A stretch of DNA of 64,000 nucleotides from Chrysomallon squamiferum (Eukaryota > Animalia > Mollusca). Below, piece after piece: positions 38,985 through 51,842 of this stretch. Numbering within the stretch: position 1 is the stretch's first letter; each line of letters begins with the position of its first letter. The position numbers were made by a program, and so were the translations under genes. The stretch spans positions 2,294,001 to 2,358,000 of the forward strand of contig CM022668.1 in assembly GCA_012295275.1 (NCBI GenBank), written 5' to 3'. Under the pieces are notes generated by a model. That model had not been told where the DNA came from and searched no databases. It saw only the letters and a program-made list of their open reading frames with translations.

Positions 38985-39330
38985 TCATTTCGCAATGCGT
39001 AGAAGAGCAAGCTGGTAAAACTGTAACACACACTGAACAGTGACAGCGCAAACATAAAACACATTAAACTCAGTTTTGTGATCACTGCTTTTAGCAACGT
39101 CTACGGGGACGGCAGTGCAGTGTTAATGGGTTTGCTGTTGAAGGTTGACGTCGCAGTCATGCCTGCGAATCAAAGGTACCCGAGAGTACGAACAAAGATT
39201 ATGTAAATCGCGAACATAAAGCTGCCACGAGATAATGAAACACGTGTATTGAATTCTGCGAGTGAGCAGAAGACAGGTGAAATTTAAAACAACCGGCCTA
39301 ATTAAACAGAAATAAAACACAGCGGTGTCT
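38985..39330. promoter_or_regulatory. CpG-retaining island, candidate enhancer
   Basis: High CpG density. CRE-like TGACGTC, TCF/LEF ATCAAAG and AACAAAG, E-boxes CACGTG and CAGGTG, homeodomain site CTAATTA. Confidence 0.45.
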
Positions 39331-39977
39331 AGACTGAAAAAACATTTTTCATCTTTTTAAAAACACAGAAAAAACAACAAAAAAACACATAAATAAAACA
39401 CACTGGAAGACACAGATAAATGCAGTAAAACACATAAATAAACACACTGAAGAACAGATAAATACACTAAAATATAAATATACACACTGAAAAACATACA
39501 AATATAGTAAAACTCATAAACACTGAAAAACACAAACAGATAAATACAGTTAAACACAGATAAATATAGTAAAACACAGATAAACTAAACTTCATAGATG
39601 AAAACTGAGTAAGACACAAGTAAAACAACACACTAACACACAGACACACAGACACACTGATTTCTACACCTGTTGTTTTCAATCTTGTAACACATTTAAT
39701 CAGCTGATATTGTCATATTTATTTTCACATTTTGAAGTAATATTATCAATTAATTTACATGATTTAATTTTTGAACATTTTTCTTGTTTCTCCCTTAGAG
39801 CAACTAATCATAGCACTTATTTTTATGTTAGGTGTGTGTTTGTGTATGTGAATATGTATGTATGACTGTCTGTTACTGTGTGTGTAGGTGTGTGCTTTGT
39901 GCTTTTGTGTGACTGTTTGTGAGTGTGTATGTTAATGTGTGTGCATGTGTCATTTTGTTCTTTTGAATTAAGAAACA

Positions 39978-40271
39978 GGATGTAGCCTAGTGGTAATTGA
40001 TGTAGCCTAGATCAATCCTTAATGGTTTACCTACTGAACAATTTCACATTCTAACCTATGCTCTACAAGTGTTGTAAGAAACACCATGGTATATTTTATC
40101 CTGTCTGTGGGTTGGTACAGGGAAAATGCTGCTTGTGGCTAATCATAAAAGAGAAGCTCATGAAGTTGTTAAGTCGGGTTTCTTTTCTCTTTATCTCAGT
40201 GGTTTTTAACTCTGTCATGTAAAACTTTAAATAAACGTGTGTTGTGAATTAAAAAATTCTCCTTCCTTCCT
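39978..40271 (+). mobile_element. Degenerate near-full-length tRNA-derived SINE (resembles MetaSINE-type elements of gastropods, from recall)
   Basis: A-box TAGCCTAGTGG at 39983-39993, B-box-like AGATCAATCC at 40009-40018, central TATCCTGTCTGTGGG at 40097-40111, CGGGTTTC motif, and (CCTT)n tail at ~40260-40271. Confidence 0.65.
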
Positions 40272-41486
40272 TTTTTTTTTATTTATTTATTTTTTTAACT
40301 GCTTTAATCAAAGTTTGTGTTCAGTGCAATGCAATTAAATTTGAGCAGCCAGTGTAAAAATAAAATATAAACATCACAGCTGATGAAAACACATTTTCAA
40401 CTCTGTCAGAGATTGTACACACACAGGCTTGTAGAGAAAACCTGTCTGACACAACTGAGTAAAAACCTGGATCACTTTTCACCAAGCTGGGTCAGGTTGC
40501 CTGCACTTGCTGCTGCATCACACGAAATGGGATCAAATCCCGGTAACCTTTTTATCCCAGTTACACACAAACAGAATTTATAATTTTTCATTTTTTTTTT
40601 TTTTTTTTGTTACTGAGATATAGGGCCTAGTATCTGAAACAGAAGTTTGTGATTTTTATTTTTCATTTTTAAATTTTAAATTTGAAAATTTTTAAATTTT
40701 ATTTATTATTATTTTTTATATGATCTATGAAGTCCAAATATCAGAAACAAAAATTTCCGATTTTTATTTTTAATTTTAATGGGATTTTTTTTCTTTTTTT
40801 TATTATGATGTCCATTTATTAGAATCAGAACTTTCAGACTCAAATTTCTTTTTTTTTTTTTTTCTTTTTAATGTCAGTAATTTTTTGTTTCTTTCGTGTT
40901 AAAATTTTTAAAATTTTATGTTAATTTTATTAAACATTCAACAAATTTAATTTAACTTTTTAAATATATTTATATTTCATATTTATTCAAGCTGATAAAT
41001 TAAACATTCATATTTATTTAATAATTTTTAGAAAATAATTTTTTCTTTGAGACAATTTTAAATCTTTTATATATATAAAATAAAAAAAAAAATCTTTATT
41101 TATTTATTATTATTATTACTATTATTACTGAAAAAAAAAAAATCTATTACCAATTTTTTTAATTTTTTTTTCTGTTTGTTTGTTTGTGTTTGTTTGTGTA
41201 AATTTAGCGTTCTATGCATCGTATTGTACCTGTTATTGACATTTTAATTTTTACAGTGTATAATGTGAGGCCTGGGGGTGAAATACTAGATTTATCTTAC
41301 ACTGAATCTCAGTTTTTTATCTCACTTGTCTGTCTTTGCCATAGAAACAACACTCATGGTCAGTAAAAATATTTGTGTTTGTTATTTTGGTAAAACTGTT
41401 GTTAGGAGCAGAACAGTGAAACTGTCACAGTTTAACTGACTTGACAAAAAGGTAAACTAAATTAAATAACAACTCTGTCTCTGTGT

Positions 41487-41487
<1 letters not shown>

Positions 41488-41575
<88 letters not shown>
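41488..41575. repeat. (CT)n microsatellite
   Basis: Direct reading. Confidence 0.95.
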
Positions 41576-41580
<5 letters not shown>

Positions 41581-43034
41581 CAAGTTTATTTATGAAAATT
41601 AATAATTTGATTGTATCAGTGTATAGCTAATGTAAATCTGTGTGTGTGTGTGTGTGTGTGTGAGTGTGCATGTGCATGTGTGTGTTTGTGAGTGTGAGCA
41701 GATGCATGTATGTGTATGTGTGAGTATGTGTGTGTGGATATGTGTGTGTGTGAGTGTGAGACAGTGTGAGTGTGTGTGTTTCAGTATTTGTTGTAGTCTG
41801 TGAGTTTGATATTTATATTTGTTTGAGGGCAAATACGTCTGAATCATAATTCACTACATTGATATCACCATCCTGTTTATTCATTAAGTCTTCCCAGCTT
41901 TCTTTAGTGTTGTTTACTTTCCTTACACATTTTGTTGTCATTGTTATTATTATTATAATTATTTATTTATTTATTTTATTTTATTTGTATTTAGTTATTT
42001 ATATATATTTTCTGTTTTTTCTTTATTTATGAACCAGTTTGTTTAAAAAATAATTTATGTAAAAAAATAAACTAAAATAATAATAGTAATAATATCTGTT
42101 TTAAATATGAATTCATTTAGACACTGGAGAATTTGATAAATTTTATATTTCTAAATAGACATGTTAGTTGTTGTATGTGTTAACTACAGAAATACAGAGA
42201 GAGACAGACAAACAAACATGTAGACAGATGGACAGACAGACAAGGAGAATACAGCTATATAGATATAGCTTGACAGATATAAATAGATAGACAGATACAT
42301 AGACAGGCAGATATATAGACAGATAAATAGATAGACAGATATAAATAGACAGACAGATATATAGACAGATACATAGAGAGACAGACAGACAGGTAGCTAG
42401 ATTAGAAGAGAAAAAACAAGAGAAAGACTTGAAATATTTTATCCGCTAATCAAAGAACTGACATTCAGTGTGGTACAAATGTCCAAGCTGTTGCGATGTT
42501 GATCACAAAAGGAAGGTGTTGTTGCTGCTGCTGTGGTGAGATGACAACAGACACGTGGTCGCACTGTCTGAATGTCTGGCGCAGTGTTGAGCAATACATC
42601 GTGAGAGAGGACTGCTGACATTTGTAATTACCAACCAGACACAACTGAGTGAGTCGCTAAATTTAGATGTCACATGACTTTAGTACTTTCCTAGTTTTTA
42701 CACACACACACAGTTAGATATTGTTAATAATAATCATTCATTCTTTCTTTCTTTTATTTATTCATCTGGTTTATATTATATCTTCTTCCTTTCAAAATCT
42801 TTTCATACACTCTTTAATTTATTCATCCATTATTTCATGCTTTCAATCAGTTTATATCTTCATTCATTCGTTATCCCCTTATTTTGTCTTTTCTCTGTCT
42901 CTCTTTCTTTTTGTCTTTTTCCTCTGAATCCATCCCTCTTCTTCTTTCTTTCTCTCTTCCCTCTTCTTCTTTCTTTCTCTTTCTTTCTTTTTCCTCTTTC
43001 TTTCTCTCTTCTTCCATTTCCTCTCTTTTTCTAC

Positions 43035-43087
<53 letters not shown>

Positions 43088-44439
43088 TTTTCTATTTTTG
43101 TCTTTTACTTAAATAACAAACCATACTGTTGTGTTTTTCAAAACAAAATAATTATTGAAACAAAAACAAAACTGGAAATCTCTAATCTGAAGTTACAATA
43201 AATCTAATTGGATCTTAGAAAGTAGTCGTATAAACCCAGCTAATTCCAGAGCAGAATGTTTTTGAAAAACAAAACTGTGGTGTGAGTCCTTCAATGCACT
43301 TGTGATATTTTTGCTGTTTACACGCAAGATGAACTGACCTTTGGGATGGTCAGTGTTGTGGTCAGCAATGAGGTCCAACACAGACTGAGTCTTGGTGCAA
43401 TCTGAATGTGAAGAATGCAGCTAGACTTGCCTCCCGTTTTTTTTTTTTTTTTTTTTTTTTTTTTGCAAGGAATTCTGGGTATTGTGTAATTTGATCTGTT
43501 CCTGATTCAATCAGCTCTGACAAAATTGTTAAATAATAAAATTTAAATTTAGCTGGTGATGCATGCCTGGACATTGCTGCTGTTGTTGTATATCAAGTTT
43601 AAACTGCTACGTGCATCTTGAAATCTAGAAATTAAGAAATTTAATACAAAAAAATATAGACTTGCCTCAGGTTTTTGTTATCTCAGTACAAAATTTTATA
43701 CTTGCCAGAGATTCTGAAATATTTAAAATGATCAGTTTTGTTTATTAAACACATTTTATTTCTTTCTTCTTTATTCTGAAAATTTTAGAGCTTGTCTGAA
43801 GAGATGTTTTGTATATTTCTTATATTTATATATTTATATATAAAAGTTATATATAGGTTACATAACAATGCAAATTTAGTTTTGTTTATTTTCATTTAAT
43901 TATCAAACTAAACTTTGCTAATAATGAAATACGTAACAACTTTACCAGTTTTATTTATTTTCAATTAACTAATTAATTAATTAATTAATTATTATTATCA
44001 TCGTTGTTGTTGTTGGTGGTGTTATATTTCTATGGAATCTTAGCATCACAAACAATCTTTTAATATCTTACTTTATTAGTAGTAAAGTTTGAGTAAATAT
44101 AAAGAAAACAATTTAAAATTTTGATTTTATTCATTTACATTAAATTTCTTATTTTATTTGACATATTATTATTATTAAAATAACCTGATATATGTACTGT
44201 ACATTTTAATTTTCATTTTATTTAAGTTTATAATTTTTGTGAACCACCTTGTTGAGCAAGTCTATGTGAAAAGTGAATTACCCACACACTGTGTACATTT
44301 GTTTACATTTTCTTTGTAAAGACCTTGAAGTATTTTAACTGTTGACTTGACCAGTGGTCAGCTCACAGGCTCAGTCCAGCTACAACAGTCATTAAATAAA
44401 GAAAACAGTAACTGTAATATGTAACCTTGATTTTATATA

Positions 44440-44613
44440 TCTGTATGTGTGTTTGTGTGTGTGGATGTCTGTGCATGTGTGTGTATTTTTCTATGTGTAT
44501 ATGTGTGTGTATGTGTATGTGCATGTATGTGTATGTCTGTGTGTGTCTGTGTGTTTGTGTGTGTTTATGCAAGAGTGTCTGTGGATGTGTGTATTTATGT
44601 GTTTCTGTGCATT

Positions 44614-44670
<57 letters not shown>

Positions 44671-44677
44671 CTGTATA

Positions 44678-44716
<39 letters not shown>

Positions 44717-44727
44717 TGGGTGTGTGT
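44440..44727. repeat. (TG)n/(TA)n compound microsatellite
   Basis: Direct reading. Confidence 0.93.
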
Positions 44728-45033
44728 AAGGACAGATCTGTGTGTACATGTACATGTCAAAGTATGACAGTACTGTACAGAGAGATGTGAATTATTTATG
44801 TAAATAAGACATCCAAGACACACACTGATAATCACACCAACATTAATTATACACACAGACAGTTCTGTCAATATTGTGTGTCACCCAGAGGCAGGTGGGT
44901 GTGTGCATTGGTGGAGAGATGTGGGTGGGTGTGTGGAATTTAGTATGTTACCAGTTTGATATCAGCTGAGATCAGTAAACAGTTTTAAACCAGGTACGAT
45001 CATACCCGCACAGACAGATACATTACTCTCAGA

Positions 45034-45076
<43 letters not shown>

Positions 45077-45344
45077 GGAAGAAAATAATGATAATTAATA
45101 TTAAATAAATAAATATCTGATCCATCAGTAAGTCTCGATCCTACATATCAGCAGTGGTGAAGCCTGTGCGTTACTCACTAAATTGATGTCATTAATCAAG
45201 CAGTCCGTCTCTGTGACAGTCTGTTCTAGAAGACTGTCATCTTTCCTCATTTCTCATTTGTTTACTGTGGCCACTGAAGCCTTTAATTAAAACTCTCCTG
45301 TTTGCTCTCCTTACTCACAGTCAAACTTGACCCAGATAACACAT

Positions 45345-46140
45345 TGTCCTAACTCACACAGTAGTCATAGTCCTAATTCACACAGTAGTCATAGTCCTAT
45401 CTCACACAGTAGTCATAGTCCTAACTCACACAGTAGTCATAGTCCTAACTCACAGTCTTCATAGCCCTGTCTCACACAGTAGTCATAGTCCTATCTCACA
45501 CAGTAGTCATAGTCCTATCTCACACAGTAGTCATAGTCCTATCTCACACAGTAGTCATAGTCCTATCTCACACAGTAGTCATAGTCCTATCTCACACAGT
45601 AGTCATAGTCCTATCTCACACAGTAGTCATAGTCCTGTCTCACACAGTAGTCATAGTCCTATCTCACACAGTAGTCATAGTCCTATCTCACACAGTAGTC
45701 ATAGTCCTGTCTCACACAGTAGTCATAACACAGTCTTTATAGTCTGATCTAATAGTCTTCAGAGTCCTAACTCACAGTCTTCATAGTTCTATTCACAGAG
45801 TACTCAGTCCTATCTCATACAGTCTCCATAGTCCTATCTCACAGTCTTCATAGTGCTATCTCATACAGTCTTCATAGTCCTATCTCACAGTCTTCATAGT
45901 CCTATCTCACAGTCTTCATAGTCCTATCTCACAGTCTTCATAGTGCTATCTCATACAGTCTTCATAGTCGAATCTCTCACATCAGTCATATTCCTATCTT
46001 TCACAGCGGTCAGTCCTATCTCACATGGAACTCATTGTCCTATTTCACACAGTAGTCATAGTCCTACATCAAAACAGTAGTCATAGTCCTACATCAAAAC
46101 AGTAGTCATAGTGCTACATCAAACTGTAGTCATAGTGCTA
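45345..46140. repeat. 24-bp minisatellite grading into 22-24-bp variants
   Basis: Unit CTCACACAGTAGTCATAGTCCTAT, later CTCACAGTCTTCATAGTCCTAT. Confidence 0.95.
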
Positions 46141-46465
46141 GTGCTCATTGCTACAATTAAACAGACATAAACACATCTTCTGTGTTGAGATTGTGCCTCC
46201 TATTTTTAACACAAAAATAATCAATGTTTTTTTCCTTTCTGTTGTGTGTTTGTGTGATTGGTCTTTTCTGAGCACTTGTCACTAGTGACACCAGACCGAG
46301 AGCAGAGTTGTCAGAGATCACTGATCATAAATTTTCTTTGAGATTGGTTTTGTGAGCTATCCGCGTGAATCTCTTAATCACTCCTTTTCTTTCTTCATCT
46401 CGTCAGATACTTCTACGATTCGTCCACAAATGTTTTTATTCCTTTAAATGTTTAGAATGATACAG

Positions 46466-46466
<1 letters not shown>

Positions 46467-46510
<44 letters not shown>

Positions 46511-46523
46511 ACACACACACACA

Positions 46524-46612
<89 letters not shown>

Positions 46613-46801
46613 TACAATGCACACACACAATGTTGTTTATTATTTACACACACACACACACACATACAGAGAGACACACACACACAGACATTTATATTGA
46701 CAGATATGTTTTACACACACTCACACACACACACACACACAGACACACACACACACACACATACACACACACAACATAAACAGTTTACACACACACACAC
46801 A
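46467..46801. repeat. (CA)n field interleaved with fragments duplicated from 47190-47360
   Basis: Direct reading; see findings. Confidence 0.9.
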
Positions 46802-47090
46802 TACTTTTTAAATTTAACATTTTTATTTTTGATATTACATTGTATAGTTTTACTGACAGGTTTTGATCTGTTTAATAACTAAGTGACTGACTAAAAACAT
46901 TTACGTTTAATCAGATTAAATCTGTTGTGAAAAACGCCTGTGAAATCAGTAAAATTCTTATTTATTATCCCAATCTATCATTTTCTTTTTACTATCCCTT
47001 TTTATCTCTTTTTCCCCTTTAACTGTCCATTTCAGTTCCTTTTCTGAATTTTTCACAAACAAGTCTAAATCTTTCTCTCTAATTTGTTCA

Positions 47091-47161
<71 letters not shown>

Positions 47162-47784
47162 TTTCTAACTATATGATATATTATTAATGCTTTTGCATGG
47201 AATGTTGTTTATTATTTATAAATACAGCTACACTATTAAGACATTTATATTGACAGATATGTTTTATACACTATGTCACTTGTTACATTTTTATACACAA
47301 ATTTAACATAAACAGTTTTACATATTATTATACTTTTTATTTTAACATTTTTATTTTTGCTTAAACATTTCTTACTCATTTTTGTTTTCTATGTAAAATG
47401 GTTCTTGTTTCACAAATTAAATCATTTCTAGGAAATACAGCTACAAATTCTTATTTATTATAACAACAGTTTCATTTTTTTATTTCTTTTTTCCTCTTTT
47501 TCTTCTTCTTTTCATTATAAATATTTTTCAAACAAGTCTAACTTTTTTCATAACAATCTGCATTAGTCAGTTGAAACATTAATATAGTTTTACTTTCACT
47601 TTCATTTTTATTTTTTATCCTCAAACCTGATATTAATTATTATAATCATTACTATAATAATAATAATAATAATAATAGTAATAGTAATATCTACAACAAC
47701 AATAATAATAAAATTATTTCTGTTATACAACTAGCACTTAACAAACATATAACAGCTTTACGAAACACATTAACAAACAAAAAA

Positions 47785-47995
47785 TCCTGTAGATTTTCTC
47801 TACAAATGCACACAAAAAAACGTTGATTCTTCTCTACAAACTTACTCAAAAAGCTGTAGATTTTTCTCTACAAACTTACTCAAAAAGCTGTAGATTTTTC
47901 TCTACAAACTTACTCAAAAAGCTGTAGATTTTTTACTACAAGCTCACTCAAAGCTGTAGATTTTTGTGTACAAACTGTAGATTTTTGTGTACAAA
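47785..47995. repeat. ~34-bp tandem repeat, ~5 copies
   Basis: CTACAAACTTACTCAAAAAGCTGTAGATTTTTCT at 47834, 47868 and 47902. Confidence 0.9.
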
Positions 47996-48156
47996 CCAGC
48001 CCAAGAAGCAGGTTGTCGTGGTTGTCGCTGAATTCTCATTTCAATCTATGGCTTTTCACGTGTTGATGAAATATCAGACTTCAATTAATTATCACAGGTT
48101 TCTCTCATTCCTCTCCCTGTCACGATTCCTCTCAACAGTTAGCAGTGCTCATTGTC

Positions 48157-48418
<262 letters not shown>

Positions 48419-48660
48419 TTATCAGTGCTGATTTGAGTTGTTTCTCTGTGTCTTAGTGTCTGTGTGTTTGTGTGTGTCTGATCTCTACAAAGACACCACA
48501 ATTAGAAAGAAACTGTTTCAGTACATCAATCAAACACTACACTAACATGTCTGGTACTGTGCTTTAATCTTATATACTTTAATCAGAATATACTTTTTAG
48601 ATCCATTTCATCAAATCCTTTCCATCCATTTTGACATATCATGTTCAACTTCGTTTTATC

Positions 48661-48890
48661 ACATTTTGTTCAGATCCTGTTTATCTGTTTTGTCATACAC
48701 TGTTCAAATTCATTCTGTCATTTTCTGTACAAATACATTTTGTTCAGATCCTGTTTATCTGTTTTGTCATACACTGTTCAAATTCATTCTGTCATTTTCT
48801 GTACAAATACATTCTGTCATTTTCTGTACAAATACATTCTGTCATTTTCTGTACAAATACATTCTATAATTTTCTGTACAAATACATTTG
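48661..48890. repeat. 75-bp tandem duplication followed by 25-bp units
   Basis: ACATTTTGTTCAGATCCTG... occurs twice, then CATTCTGTCATTTTCTGTACAAATA three times. Confidence 0.9.
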
Positions 48891-49222
48891 ATCAGATTCT
48901 GATAAAGCAGCTAATTCCTACCTTAAAATATCATTAGAATTTATTTATCTGTTTATTATTGAAAATAAATAAAATATCCAGTTCCAGTTTATGTTCAGGT
49001 CAAAACTGTAACATAGATAGAATACTTGCTATGTAATACTTGAAAAAGGCATGTAATACTAGCTTATAATATGAAATACTATATATATAATATGAAATAC
49101 TATATATATAATATGAAATGAATATAACTTAATATGAGATATATGTAACATAAAAGGTTATATAATACAAGGTATATATCACATCAAATGTATTCTACAT
49201 AGTTTTCTTCTAGAAAAGACTG

Positions 49223-49260
<38 letters not shown>

Positions 49261-49586
49261 ATTGTATGGAACAAAAAACTGAGTAACCATTATTTAGTAA
49301 CAGCAGAATTGAGTTACCTTTAATGATTCAATAATAGCCAGTGGTCAGTTTTGTTTGGCCACAGTGGCTATTGTACAGTTAACTTTGTTACCTGGCTAAG
49401 ACTGACCGGTGTAGCAGGGACACTAGAGTGCTTTCAAAAGAGACATTATGCAAGTGTGTTCACCCTCATGACGTAACTTTTCAAGTTCAAACAGAGGTCA
49501 GTGCTGGCCGATGACCTTTGACACACTTCTGTGAGGATTAGAAACAAGTCTGGCTCAGCTACATTTAACCTTGAGCTGACAGAAAC

Positions 49587-50160
49587 CAGACACACAGACA
49601 GACATACACACATACATATACACACAGACATACACACATACATATATACACACATACATACACACATATACAAACACTTATATACACAGACATATACACA
49701 CAGACATATACACACAGACATACACATATACACATACATATACACACAGATATACACACATACACACATACATATACACATACATATACACACATACATA
49801 TACACACAGACATACACACATGCATATACACAGATATAAACACATACATATACACACAGACATATACACATATACACATACATATACACTCATACATACA
49901 TACATATACACACAGACACACAAACATACATATACACACAGACATATACATACATACACACATACATATACACAGATATACACACATATACACATACATA
50001 CACATACAAACATACATTACATACAGACATACACACAGACATACATACAGACATGCACACACATACACACATACATACACACATACATATACATACAAAC
50101 ATGCACACATACATATATATACAGATATACACATATATGCACAGATACAGACATGTACAC
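49587..50160. repeat. (CA/TA/GA) compound microsatellite
   Basis: Direct reading. Confidence 0.95.
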
Positions 50161-50227
50161 ATCAATTATTGATTTATCTTTGAAACGATTAACTACTTTT
50201 TTATATAAAAAAAAAAAAAACTGTTTG

Positions 50228-50286
<59 letters not shown>

Positions 50287-51829
50287 CTCTCTTTGTCTCT
50301 CTCTGTCTCTCTCTCTCTCTCTCTCTGTTCAGTTCCTCACCCCAGGGGTTCACTACCATTAAACTAAGTTTTTGTTTCCGGGCGTGTAACTCCTCAGAGC
50401 ATTTGTAAAACTTTAAGTAAATCAGCGAATCAGTAATGAAATTTATTTTCTACATGGAATTGGTTTTCATACACATTGATTATTCTTTTAGTCTGTCTAT
50501 CAGGTTTCTGTGTGGCCTTGACCCCAACCAGTGTTTGCTGAACTGAAAAATAAATTATCACTTGTTGTGATTGTATGATCATTTTCAAAAAAAATCTGGA
50601 ACAAATATCCAGAAAAACAGTCAAACTGAAAGACATAAAAATATAAAATAAAAATACAAAAAAACAACAACAACACAAATATAAAAAGATAAAAAAATAA
50701 AATGCTCTAAACAAATTGAATAAAAAAAAAATAAAAAAATAAAATAATAATAATTCTTGTAATGTTAATTAATCAGTAAAACCAACAACAACAATATTAT
50801 AAATAACAATCAGGGGGGAATATTAAAAATAAAAATAACAATAACAGATATCCATAAAAATGCCTAAACAAAAACAAACAAACAAATAAAAAAAAAAAAA
50901 AAAAAAAAATAAATAAAGTTTAAAAAGAAAAAAGAGACAGTTAGTCTTATACTCCTAAATAAAAACAATTTGTATAAATTTTAAAATAAAAAAATAAATA
51001 AATAAATAAACTAGAACCATAAGCAAAACAAAAATAGTAATAATAATAGTAATAAAAAATCTAAAAATAAACTCAAAACAAATTAAAAATAATGATGTAG
51101 AGAAAACGTCATCTTCAAAATAAAAAATTTAAAATAAATAAAATAATAAATAAAGAAATTAAAAAAAGAAGATGAAAAAGAAAAGAAAATTGCTAATTAA
51201 AAATAAATCAATACTCACCAAACTAAAAATATAAATATTTTGTTGAGATATTTTTTTATTAGATATTTTTAGTTTCACTCTGTTTTTAACAGATTTTGAA
51301 AAAAGTAGGGAGATTAATATTTTTTATATTTATGACGAAGCATTTTAATATGAGCATTCATTATCAGTATTTTAAAATATTTTTAATGTTGTTATTTCTG
51401 TTGCTGTAGTTTCTCTCAGTTTTACTGTTATTGTATTTTCATTATTATTATTATTATTTTTATCATCATCATTATTTCTGGTGTTGTTCGTATTATTTAT
51501 TGCTATCATTATTTCTGTATTATTGTTGTTATTATTACAACTGCTACTAATATTATTACCATTATTATTAAAATTTATTTTATTTGAACTTCTATTTTAA
51601 ATATATTTATTTATTTTTTACTTTTTATATTTTATTTTTTTACATTTTATATTTTTTTATACTTTTCCAGTTGTTAAACTCAGTTTTAGATAATCCTGTA
51701 TTGGTTTCAATTCACAAGAAGAAAAAAATGTTGAAGATTTATTAAAAAAGAAACCTCAGATAATGTTCCATGTTACTACTGCATTGTGAACAATAATATT
51801 AATGTGTAGGTGGCAGCACTGAAACCTTT

Positions 51830-51842
51830 GTTACCAGGCAAC
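51830..51842. promoter_or_regulatory. Consensus RFX X-box
   Basis: GTTACC-A-GGCAAC matches GTNRCC(N0-3)RGYAAC. Confidence 0.45.
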
